Position numbers and translations under genes: made by a program
In this document: positions 15,701 through 28,253 of the stretch, in pieces
Numbering within the stretch: position 1 is the stretch's first letter
Layout: every line of letters starts with the position of its first letter
Notes under the pieces: model-generated
Seen by the model: the letters and a program-made list of their open reading frames with translations, nothing else
The model's database searches: none
What the model was told of the DNA's origin: nothing
NCBI GenBank assembly: GCA_009914755.4
Contig: CP068257.2
Coordinates: 1,216,001 to 1,280,000, forward strand
Direction: 5' to 3'
Length of the DNA: 64,000 nucleotides
Origin: the human T2T-CHM13v2.0 reference genome, Homo sapiens

Positions 15701-18700
15701 TCAACACGAGAGGAATGGAATGGAATGGAATGGAATCAACCCGAGCGGAAAGGAATGGAATGGAATGGAGTGGAATAGAATGGAATGAAATCAACCCGAC
15801 TGGAATGGAACGGAATGGAATGGAATGGAAAGGAATGAATGGAATGGAATGGGGTGGAATCAACACGAGAGGAATGGAATGGAATGGAATGGAACAGAAC
15901 GGAATGGAAAGGAATGGAATGGAATGAACCCGAATGGAATGGAATGGATTGGAATGGAATGGAATGGAATCAACCCTAGCGGAAAGGAATGGAATGGAAT
16001 GGAGTGGAATGGAATGGAATGGAATGGAATGGAATGGAATCAACACGAATGGAATGGAACGGAATGGAATGGGATGGGATGGAATGGAATGGAATGGAAG
16101 TTAATCAACACGAATGGAATGGAAAGGAGTGGCATGGAATGGCATGGAATGGAATGGAATGGAATGGAATAGAATGAAATGGAAAGGAAAGGAATGGAAT
16201 CAACACGAGTGGAATGGAATGGAACCGAATGGAATCAACAAGAGTGGAATGAAATGGAATGTAATGCAATGGGATGGAGTGGAATCAACCCGAGTGGAAT
16301 GGAATGGAATGGAATGGAATGGAAGTTAATCAACACGAATTGAATGGAATGGAATGGAATGGAATGGAATGGAATGGAATGAAATGGAAAGGAACGGAAT
16401 GGAATCAACACGAGTGATATGGAATGGAAAGGAATGGAATCAACGTGAGAGGAATGAAATGGAATGCAATGCAATGGGATGCAGTGGAATCAACCGGAGT
16501 GGAATGGAATGTAATGGAATGGAAAGGAATGGAATGAAATAGAATGGATCGGAATGGAATCCAATGGAATCAACTGGAATGGAATGGAATGGAATGGAAT
16601 GCAATGGAATGGAATAAATCCGGGTGGAGTGGAATGGAATGTAATGGAGTGGAATGTAATGGAATTTACTGGAACGGAATGGAATGGAATGGAAAGGAAT
16701 GAATGGAATGGAATGGTGTGGAATCAACACGAGAGGAATGGAAAGGAATGGAATGGAATGGAATGGAACGGAATGGAAAGGAATGGAATGGAATGAACCC
16801 GAATGTAATGGAATGGATTGGAATGGAATGGAATGGAATCAACCCGAGCGGAAAGGAATGGAATGGAATGGAGTGGAATGTAATGTAAAGTAATGGAATG
16901 GAATGGAATAAATCCGGGTGGAATGGAATGGAATGTAATGGAGTGGAATGGAATGGAATTTAGTGGAATGGAATGGATTGGATTCAACCTGAATGGAATG
17001 GAACGGAATGGAAAGGAAAGGAATGGAATGGAATGAAATGGAATGGAATGGATTGGAATGCAATGTAATGTAATGGGATGGAATGGAATGGAATAAACAC
17101 GAATGGAATGGAACGGAATGGAATGGGATGGGATGGAATGCAATGGAATGTAAGTTAATCAACACGAATGGAATGGAACGGAATGGAATGGAATGGAACG
17201 GAATGGAATGGAATGGAATGGAATGGAATGAACCCAAATGGAAAGGAATGGATTGGAACGGAATGGAATGGAATCAACCTGAGCGGAATGGAATGGAATG
17301 GAATGGAGTGGAATGGAATGTAATGGAATGGAATGGAATGGAATGGAGTGGAATGGAATGTAAGGGAATGGAATGGAATGGAATGGAATTAACACGAAAG
17401 GAATGGAAAGGAATAGAAAGGGATGGGATGGAATGGAATGGATTGGAAGTTAATCAACACGAATGGAATGGAACGGAATGGAAAGGAATGGAATGGAATG
17501 AAACCCAATGGAATGGAATGGATTGGAATGGAATGGAACGGAATCAACCCGAGCGGAAAGGAATGGAATGGAATGGAGTGGAATGGAATGTAATGTAACA
17601 GAATGGAATGGAATGGAATCAACACGAATGGAATGGAACGGAATGGAATGGGATGGGATGGAATGGAGTGGAATGGAAGTTAATCAACAAGAATGGAATG
17701 GAACGGAATGGAATGGAATGGAATGGAATGGAATGGAATGAACCCGAATGGAATAGAATGGATTGGAATGGAATGGAAAGGAATCAACCCGAGCGGAAAG
17801 GAATTGAATGGAATGGAGTGGAATGGAATATAATGGAATGGAATGGAAAGGAATGGAATCAAAAAGAATGGAATGGAACGGAATGGAATGGGATGGGATG
17901 GAATGGAATGGAATGGAAGTTAATCAACACGAATGGAATGGGACGGAATGGAATGGAATGGATTGGAATGGAAGGAACCCGAATGGAATGGAATGGATTG
18001 GTATGGAATGGAATGGAATCAACCCGAACGGAAAGGATTGGAATGGAATGGAGTGGAATGTAATGTAATGTAATGGAATGGAATGGAATCAAAACGAATG
18101 GAATGGAACGGAATGGATTGGTATGGGATGGAATGGAATGGAATGGAAGTTAATCAACACGAATGGAATGGAATGGAATGGAATGGAATGGAATGGAATG
18201 GAATGAAATGGAAAGGAACGGAATGGAATCAACACGAGTGGAATGGAGTGGAACGGAATGGAATCAACCCGAGTGGAATGAAATGGAATGTAGTGCAATG
18301 GGATGGAGTGGAATCAACCCGAGTGGAATGGAATGGAATGGAATGGAATGGAATAAATCCGGGTGGAGTGGAATGGAATGTAATGGAGTGGAATGAAATG
18401 GAATTTAGTTGAATGGAATGGAATGGAATGGAATGGAATGGAATGGAATGGAATGGAATGAAAAGGATTGGATCGGAATGGAATCCAATGGAATCAACTA
18501 GAATGGAATGGAATGGAATAAATCCGGGTGGAGTGGCATGGAATGTAATGGAGTGGAATGGAATGGAATTTAGTGGGATGGAATGGAATGGAATGGAATG
18601 GAATGCAATGGAATGGAATGGAATCAACCGGAATGGGATGGCATGGAAAGGAATTGAGTGGAATGGAATGGAATGGAATGGAGTGGAATGGAACGGAATG

Positions 18701-19649
18701 GAGTGGAATGGAATAAACACCAGGGGAATGAAATGGATTGGAATGAAATTGAATGGAATGGAATTGAATGGAATGAAGTCAACACGAGTGGAATGGAAAG
18801 GAATGGAATGGAATGGAATGGAAAGGAATGAATGGAATGGAATGGTGTGAAATCAACACGAGAGGAATGGAATGGAATGGAATGGAACGGAACGGAATGG
18901 AAAGGAATGGAATGGAATGAACCCGAATGGAATGGAATGGATTGGAATGGAATGGAATGGAATCAACCCGAGCGGAAAGGAATGGAATGGAATAGAGTGG
19001 AATGGAATGTAATGGAATGGAATGGAAATGAATGGAATCAACACTAATGGAATGGTACGGAATGGAATGGGTTGGGATGGAATGGAATGGAATGGAAGTT
19101 ACACAACACGAATGGAATGGAACAGAATGGAATGGAATGGAATGGAATGGAATGAACCCGAATGGATTGCAGTGGATTGGAATGGAATGGAACGGAATCA
19201 TCACGAGCAGAAAGGAATGGAATGGAATGGAGTGGAATGGAATGTAATGGAATGGAATGGAATGGAATGGAGTGGAATGGAATGTAATGGAATGGAATGG
19301 AATGGAATGGAATCAACACGAATGGAATGGAAATGAATGGAATGGGATGGGATGGAATGGAATGGAATGGAAGTTAATCAGCACGAATGGAATGGAACGG
19401 AATGGAATGGAATGGAATGGAATGGAATGGAATGGAATGGAATAGAATGAAATGGAAAGGAACGGAATGGAGTCAACACGAGTGGAATGGAATGGAACGG
19501 AATGGAATCAACCCGAGTGGAATGAAAAGGAATGTAATGCAATGGGATGGAGGGGAATCAACCCGAGTGGAGTGGAATGGAATGGAATGAAATGGAATTT
19601 AATGCAATGTGATGGAGGGGAATCAACCCGAGTGGAATGGAATGGAATG

Positions 19650-22600
19650 GAATGGAATGGAATGGAATGGAATGGAATCAACCCGAATGGGATGGCATGG
19701 AATGGAATTGAATAGAATGGAATGGAATGTAATGGAATGGAATGGAATGGAATGGAATCAACTCAAGTGCAATGGAATGGACTGGAATGCAATGCAATCC
19801 ACCCGAGTGGAATGGAATTGAGTGGAATGCAATGGAATAGATTGGAATGGAATGGAGTGGAATGGAACGGAATGGAGTGGAATGGAATAAATACCGGGGG
19901 AATGAAATGGATTGGAATGAAATGGAATGGAATGGAATGGAATGGAATGGAATGGAATGGAATGAAATCAACCCGAGTGGAATGGAACGGAATGCAATGG
20001 AATGGAAAGGAATGAATGGAATGGAATGGTGTGGAATCAACACGAGAGGAATGGAATGGAATGGAATGGAACGGAACGGAATGGAAAGGAATGGAATGGA
20101 ATGAACCGGAATGGAATGGAATGGATTGGAATGGAATGGAATGGAATCAACCTGAGCGGAAAGGAATAGAATGGATTGGAGTGGAATGGAATGGAATGGA
20201 ATGGAATGGAATGGAATGGAATGGAATGGAATGGAATCAACACAAACGGAATGGAATGGAATGGAATGGGATGGGATGGGATGGAATGGAATGGAATGGA
20301 ATGGAAGTTAATCAACACGAATGGAATGTATCTGAATGGAATGGAATGGAATGAACACGAATGGAATGGAATGAATCCGAATGGAATGGAATGGATTGGA
20401 ATGGAATGGAATGGAATCAACCCAAGCGGAAAGGAATGAAATGGAATGCAGTGGAATGGAATGTAATATAATGGAATGGAATGGAATCAACAGGAATGCA
20501 ATGGAACGGAATGGAATGGGATGGGACAGAATGGAGTGGAATGGAAGTTAATCAACACGAATGGAATGGAACGGAATGGAATGGAATGGAATGGAATGGA
20601 ATGAACCCGAATGGAATGGAATGGATTGGAATGGAATGGAATGGAATCAAACCGAGTGGAAAGGAATAGAATGGATTGGAGTGGAATGGAATGGAATGGA
20701 ATGGAATGGAATGGAATGGAATGGAATGGAATCAACACAAACGGAATGGAATGGGATGGGATGGAATGGAATGGAATGGAATGGAAGTTAATCAACACGA
20801 ATGGAATGTATCTGAATGGAATGGAATGGAATGAACACGAATGGAATGGAATGAATCCGAATGGAATGGAATGCATTGGAATGGAATGGAATGGAATCAA
20901 CCCGAGCGGAAAGGAATGAAATGGAATGCAGTGGAATGGAATGTAATATAATGGAATGGAATGGAATCAACAGGAATGGAATGGAACGGAATGGAATGGG
21001 ATGGGATGGAATGGAGTGGAATGGAAGTTAATCAACACGAATGGAATGGAACGGAATGGAATGGAATGGAATGGAATGGAATGAACTCGAATGGAATGGA
21101 ATGGATTGGAATGGAATGGAATGGAGTCAACCCGAGCGGAAAGGAATGGAATGGAGTGGAATGGAAAGTAATGGAATGGAATGGAATCAAAACGAATGGA
21201 ATGGAATGGAATGGAATGAAATGGAATGGGATGGGATGGAATGGAATGGAATGGAAGTTAATCAACACGAATGGAATGGAACGGAATAGAACGGAATGGA
21301 ATGGAATGGAATGAAATGGAAAGGAACGGAATGGAATCAACACGAGTGGAATGGAATGGAACATAATGGAATCAACCCGAGTGGAATGAAGTGGAATGTA
21401 ATGCAATGGGATGGAGTGGAATCAACCCGAGTGTAATGGAATGGAATGGAATAGAATGAAATGGAATTGATGTGAATGGAATCCAATGGAATCAACTGGA
21501 ATGGAATGGAATGGAATGGAATGGAATGGAATAAATCCGGGTGGAGTGCAATGGAATGTAATGGAGTGGAATGCAATGGAATTTAGTGGAATGGAATGGA
21601 ATGGAATGGAATGGAATGGAATGAAATGGATTGGATCGGAATGGAATCCAATGGAATCAACTGGAATGGAATGTAATGGAATGGAATGGAATGGAATAAA
21701 TCCGGGTGGAGTGGAATAGAATGAAATGAAGTGGAATGGAATGGAATTAATGGAATGGAATGGAATCAACCCGAATGGAATGGAACGGAATGGAATGGAA
21801 TGGAATGGAATGGAATCAACCCGAATGGGATGGCATGGAATGGAATTGAATACAATGGAATGGAATGTAATGGAATGGAATGGAATGGAATCAACTCAAG
21901 TGCAATGGAATGGACTGGAATGCAATGCAATCCACCCGAGTGGAATGGAATTGAGTGGAATGAAATGGAATAGATTGGAATGGAATGGAGTGGAATGGAA
22001 CGGAATGGAGTGGAATGGAATAAACACCGGGGGAATGAAATGGATTGGAATGAAATGGAATGGAATGGAATGGAATGTAATGGAATGGAATGGAATGAAA
22101 TCAACCCGAGTGGAATGGAACGGAATGCAATGGAATGGAAAGGAATGAATGGAATGGAATGGTGTGGAATCAACACGAGAGGAATGGAATGGAATGGAAT
22201 GGAACGGAACGGAATGGAAAGGAATGGAATGGAATGAACCGGAATGGAATGGAATGGATTGGAATGGAATGGAATGGAATCAACCCGAGCGGAAAGGAAT
22301 AGAATGGATTGGAGTGGAATGGAATGGAATGGAATGGAATGGAATGGAATGGAATGGAATGGAATGGAATGGAATCAACACAAACGGAATGGAATGGAAT
22401 GGAATGGGATGGGATGGAATGGAATGGAATGGAATGGAAGTTAATCAACACGAATGGAATGTATCTGAATGGAATGGAATGGAATGAACACGAATGGAAT
22501 GGAATGAATCCGAATGGAATGGAATGGATTGGAATGGAATGGAATGGAATCAACCCGAGCGGAAAGGAATGAAATGGAATGCAGTGGAATGGAATGTAAT

Positions 22601-25035
22601 ATAATGGAATGGAATGGAATCAACAGGAATGCAATGGAACGGAATGGAATGGGATGGGACAGAATGGAGTGGAATGGAAGTTAATCAACACGAATGGAAT
22701 GGAACGGAATGGAATGGAATGGAATGGAATGGAATGAACCCGAATGGAATGGAATGGATTGGAATGGAATGGAATGGAATCAAACCGAGTGGAAAGGAAT
22801 AGAATGGATTGGAGTGGAATGGAATGGAATGGAATGGAATGGAATGGAATGGAATGGAATGGAATGGAATGGAATCAACACAAACGGAATGGAATGGGAT
22901 GGGATGGAATGGAATGGAATGGAATGGAAGTTAATCAACACGAATGGAATGTATCTGAATGGAATGGAATGGAATGAACACGAATGGAATGGAATGAATC
23001 CGAATGGAATGGAATGGATTGGAATGGAATGGAATGGAATCAACCCGAGCGGAAAGGAATGAAATGGAATGCAGTGGAATGGAATGTAATATAATGGAAT
23101 GGAATGGAATCAACAGGAATGGAATGGAACGGAATGGAATGGGATGGGATGGAATGGAGTGGAATGGAAGTTAATCAACACGAATGGAATGGAACGGAAT
23201 GGAATGGAATGGAATGGAATGGAATGAACTCGAATGGAATGGAATGGATTGGAATGGAATGGAATGGAGTCAACCCGAGCGGAAAGGAATGGAATGGAGT
23301 GGAATGGAAAGTAATGGAATGGAATGGAATCAAAACGAATGGAATGGAATGGAATGGAATGAAATGGAATGGGATGGGATGGAATGGAATGGAATGGAAG
23401 TTAATCAACACGAATGGAATGGAACGGAATGGAATGGAAAGGAATAGAACGGAATGGAATGGAATGGAATGAAATGGAAAGGAACGGAATGGAATCAACA
23501 CGAGTGGAATGGAATGGAACATAATGGAATCAACCCGAGTGGAATGAAGTGGAATGTAATGCAATGGGATGGAGTGGAATCAACCCGAGTGTAATGGAAT
23601 GGAATGGAATAGAATGAAATGGAATTGATGTGAATGGAATCCAATGGAATCAACAGGAATGGAATGGAATGGAATGGAATGGAATGGAATGGAATAAATC
23701 CGGGTGGAGTGCAATGGAATGTAAAGGAGTGGAATGCAATGGAATTTAGTGGAATGGAATGGAATGGAATGGAATGGAATGGAATGAAATGGATTGGATC
23801 GGAATGGAATCCAATGGAATCAACTGGAATGGAATGTAATGGAATGGAATGGAATGGAATAAATCCGGGTGGAGTGGAATGGAATGAAATGAAGTGGAAT
23901 GGAATGGAATTAATGGAATGGAATGGAATCAACCCGAATGGAATGGAACGCAATGGAATGGAATGGAATGGAATGGAATGGAATCAACCCGAATGGGATG
24001 GCATGGAATGGAATTGAATAGAATGGAATGGAATGTAATGGAATGGAATGGAATGGAATCAACTCAAGTGCAATGGAATGGACTGGAATGCAATGCAATC
24101 CACCCGAGTGGAATGGAATTGAGTGGAATGAAATGGAATAGATTGGAATGGAATGGAGTGGAATGGAACGGAATGGAGTGGAATGGAATAAACACCGGGG
24201 GAATGAAATGGATTGGAATGAAATGGAATGGAATGGAATGGAATGTAATGGAATGGAATGGAATGAAATCAACCCGAGTGGAATGGAACGGAATGCAATG
24301 GAATGGAAAGGAATGAATGGAATGGAATGGTGTGGAATCAACACGAGAGGAATGGAATGGAATGGAATGGAACGGAACGGAATGGAAAGGAATGGAATGG
24401 AATGAACCGGAATGGAATGGAATGGATTGGAATGGAATGGAATGGAATCAACCCGAGCGGAAAGGAATAGAATGGATTGGAGTGGAATGGAATGGAATGG
24501 AATGGAATGGAATGGAATGGAATCAACACAAACGGAATGGAATGGAATGGAATGGGATGGGATGGAATGGAATGGAATGGAATGGAAGTTAATCAACACG
24601 AATGGAATGTATCTGAATGGAATGGAATGGAATGAACACGAATGGAATGGAATGAATCCGAATGGAATGGAATGGATTGGAATGGAATGGAATGGAATCA
24701 ACCCGAGCGGAAAGGAATGAAATGGAATGCAGTGGAATGGAATGTAATATAATGGAATGGAATGGAATCAACAGGAATGGAATGGAACGGAATGGAATGG
24801 GATGGGATGGAATGGAGTGGAATGGAAGTTAATCAACACGAATGGAATGGAACGGAATGGAATGGAATGGAATGGAATGGAATGAACCCGAATGGAATGG
24901 AATGGATTGGAATGGAATGGAATGGAATCAACCCGAGCGGAAAGGAATGGAATGGAATGGAGTGGAATGTAATGGAATGTAATGGAATGGAATGGAATGG
25001 AAAGGAGTGAAATCAACACGAATGGAATGGAACGG
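19650..25035 (+). repeat. HSat3 higher-order repeat, ~2.13-2.17-kb period, ~2.5 copies, with internal ~430-490-bp sub-repeat; last copy truncated by the satellite junction
   Basis: ORF sets repeat at offsets 2133 and 2168: 19847..20104 / 21980..22237 / 24148..24405 and 20016..20354 / 22149..22487 / 24317..24592. The internal sub-repeat is marked by ggaagttaatcaacacgaatggaatgtatctgaatgg at ~20300, 20790, 22440, 22930, 24590. The third copy stops at 25035 after ~1.1 kb instead of ~2.15 kb. Confidence 0.75.
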
Positions 25036-25045
25036 TATTATATAC
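25026..25045. other. Abrupt junction between the HSat3 and HSat1A arrays (…gaatggaatggaacgg | tattatatactgtaaataaaatatc…)
   Basis: The last recognisable GGAAT-family bases end at ~25035. Satellite I 42-mer-like sequence starts immediately at ~25036. I see no transposon, simple-repeat spacer or unique sequence between them. Confidence 0.8.
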
Positions 25046-26600
25046 TGTAAATAAAATATCAAAGTACACCAAATATATATTCTATACTGTACATAAAATA
25101 CCAAAGTCCGCCAAATATATATTCTATACTGAACATAAAATATCAAACTACCCAAACATATATTGTATACTGTACATAACATATCAAAGTACCAAATTAT
25201 ATATTTTATACTCTATATAAAATATCAAAGTACCCAAACTATACATTATATATATTACATAAAATAAGAACTTGCATCAAATATATATTATATTAGATAC
25301 ATAAAATATGAAATTACATCAAATATATATTATATACTGTACATAAAATATCAAAGAACCCCAAATATAAATTGTATACTGTACATGAAATATCAAAGTT
25401 CACAAACTATATATTATATACTGTACAAAAAATATGAAAGTACCCAAAGTAGATATTCTATACTGTACAAAAAATACCAAAGTACCCAAAGCATGTATTA
25501 TATACTGTACATAAAATATGAAAGTTCATAAAATATATATTTTATTCTCTACATAAAATATCAAAGTACACCAAATATATACTCTATACTTTACATAAAA
25601 TTTCAAAGTACACAAACATTTATTGTGAACTGTAAATAAAATATCAAAGTAACCAAACTATATATTTTATATTGTACATAAAAAATCAAAGTACCCAAAC
25701 TATAGATTTTATACTGTACATAAAATATCAAAGTACACCAAATATATACTCTATACTGTTCATACAATATCAAAGCACCCAAACAAGTATTATATACTGT
25801 ACATAATATATCAAAGTACACCAAATATATAATCTATACTGTACATAAAATAACAAAGTACATCAAATACATATTCTATACTGTACATAAAATATCAAAA
25901 TACCCAAACATATATTGTATACTGTACATAATATATCAAAGCACCAAAATTATATATTTTACACTATACATAAAATATCAAAGTACCCAAACTATACATT
26001 ATATACTGTACATAAAATATGAACTTACATCAAATATATATTATATTAGGTACATAAAACATGAAAGTACATCCAATATAGATTATATACTGTACATAAA
26101 ATATCAAAGTAACCCAAATATATATTATATACTGTACAAGAAATTTCAAAGTACACAAACTATATATTATATACTGTAGATAATATATCAAACTACCCAA
26201 AGTATATATTCTACACTGTACAGAAAATATCAAAGTACCGAAAGCATGTATTATATACTGTACATAAAATATGAAAATACATAAAATATATATTTTATTC
26301 TCTACATAAAATATTAAAGTGCAGCAAATATATATTCTATACTCTACATAAAATATCAAAGTACCCAAAGCATGTATTATATACTGTACATAAAATATGA
26401 AAGTACATCAAATATATATTTTATTCTGTACATAAAATATCAAAGTACACCAGATATACATTTTATAGTGTACATAAAATATCAAAGTACCCAAACTATA
26501 CATTGTATACTGTACATAAAATAAGAAATTACATCAAATATATATCATATTAGGTACATAAAATATGAAAGTACATCAAATATAGATTATATACTGTACA
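25036..26600. repeat. Diverged array-edge segment of the HSat1A array
   Basis: The first ~1.5 kb after the junction has many more substitutions against the 42-mer consensus than the interior (e.g. gtccgccaaat, ctgaacataaaat, gaacttgcatc, ctgtaaataaaat). The ORF track shows only short, strand-mixed ORFs here. From ~26.6 kb onward there are long uninterrupted periodic ORFs. Confidence 0.5.
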
Positions 26601-28135
26601 TAAAATATAAAGGAACCCCAAATATATATTATATACTGTACATGAAATATCAAACTTCACAAACTATATATTATATACTGTACATAAAATATCAAAGTAC
26701 CCAAGGTATATATTCTATACTGTACAAAAAATATCAAAGAACCCAAAGCATGTATTATATACTGTACATAAAATATGAAAGTACATCAAATATATATTTT
26801 ATTCTGTACATAAAATATCAAAGTACACCAGATATATATTTTATCGTGTACATAAAATATCAAAGTACCCAAACTATACATTATATACTGTACATAAAAT
26901 ATGAAATTACAGCAAATATATATTATATTAGGTACGTAAAATATGTAGGTACATCAATATAGATTATATACTGTACATAAAATATCAAAGTAGCCCAAAT
27001 ATATATTATATACTGTACATGAAATATCAAAGTTCACAAACTATATATTATATACTGTAGATAAAATATCAAAGTACCCAAGGTATATATTCTATACTAT
27101 ACAAAAAATACCAAAGTACCCAAAGCATGTATTTTATACTGTACATAAAATATGAAAGGACATCAAATATATATTTTATTCTGTACATAAAATACAAAAG
27201 TACACCAGATATGTATTTTATCGTGTACATATAATATCAAAGTACCCAAACTATACATTATATACTGTACATAAAATATGAAATTACATCAAATATATAT
27301 TATATTAGTTACCTAAAATATGAAAGTACATCAAATATAGATTATTAACTGTACATAAAATATAAAAGAACCCCAAATATATATTATATACTGTACATGA
27401 AATATCAAACTTCACAAACTATATATTATATACTGTACATAAAATATCAAAGTACCCAACGTATATATTCTATAGTGTACAAAAAATATCAAAGTACCCA
27501 AAGCATGTATTACATACTGAACATAAAATATGAAAGTACATCAAATATATATATTATTCTGTACATAAAATATCAAAGTACACCAGATACATATTTTATA
27601 GTGTACATAAAATATCAAAGTACCCAAAGTATACATTATATACTGTACATAAAATATGAAATTACATCAAATATATATTATATTAGGTACATAAAATATG
27701 AAAGTACATCAAATATAGATTATTTACTGTACATAAAATATCAAAGAACCCCAAATATATATTATCTACTGTACATGAAATATCAAAATACACAAACTAT
27801 ATATTATATACTGTACATAAAATATCAAAGTACCCAAGGTATGTATTCTATACTGTACGAAAAATATCAAAGTACCCAAAGCATGTATTATATACTGTAC
27901 ATAAAATATGAAAGTACATCAAATATAGATTATATACTGTACATAAAATATAAAACAACCCCAAATATATATTATATACTGTACATGAAATATCAAAGTT
28001 CACAAACTATATATTATATACTGTAGATAAAATATCAAAATACCCACAGTATATGTTCTATACTGTACAAAAAATATCAAAGTACCCAAAGCAGGTATTA
28101 TATACTGTACATAAAATATGAAAGTACATCAAATA

Positions 28136-28253
28136 TATATTTTATTCTGTACATAAAATATCAAAGTACACCAGATATATATTTACATCAAATAGATATT
28201 TTATTCTGTACATAAAATATCAAAGTACACCAGATATATATTTTATCGTCTAC
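28136..28253. repeat. Local 59-bp tandem duplication inside HSat1A (not a multiple of the 42-bp unit)
   Basis: acatcaaatatatattttattctgtacataaaatatcaaagtacaccagatatatattt is followed immediately by an almost identical copy (acatcaaatagatatttt…). This breaks the 42/376-bp phase. Confidence 0.6.

Larger units (their letters stand above)
1..25035 (+). repeat. Human satellite III (HSat3) array: (GGAAT)n pentameric satellite with interspersed CAACCCGAGT / CAACACGAATGG punctuation motifs, G-rich strand on +
   Basis: Near-continuous tggaa/ggaat pentamer tandem repeats. Recurrent decamers caacccgagt, caacccgaat, aatcaacacgaatggaatgg. HinfI (gaatc) sites fall on a 5-bp-multiple ladder. The six-frame ORFs are the periodic peptides MEWNG (plus strand) and IPFHS (minus strand), exactly as expected from translating GGAAT/ATTCC. 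Classical satellite II is more degenerate and rich in CGAT/ATCGAT motifs not seen here, so I call HSat3. Confidence 0.9.

Noticed and set aside
1-25035. Satellite II (HSat2) instead of satellite III
   Set aside because: HSat2 is a more degenerate ATTCCATTCG derivative rich in ATCGAT/CGAT motifs. Here long runs of perfect GGAAT plus CAACCCGAGT punctuation fit HSat3. I cannot fully exclude an HSat2/3 intermediate subfamily without k-mer classification.
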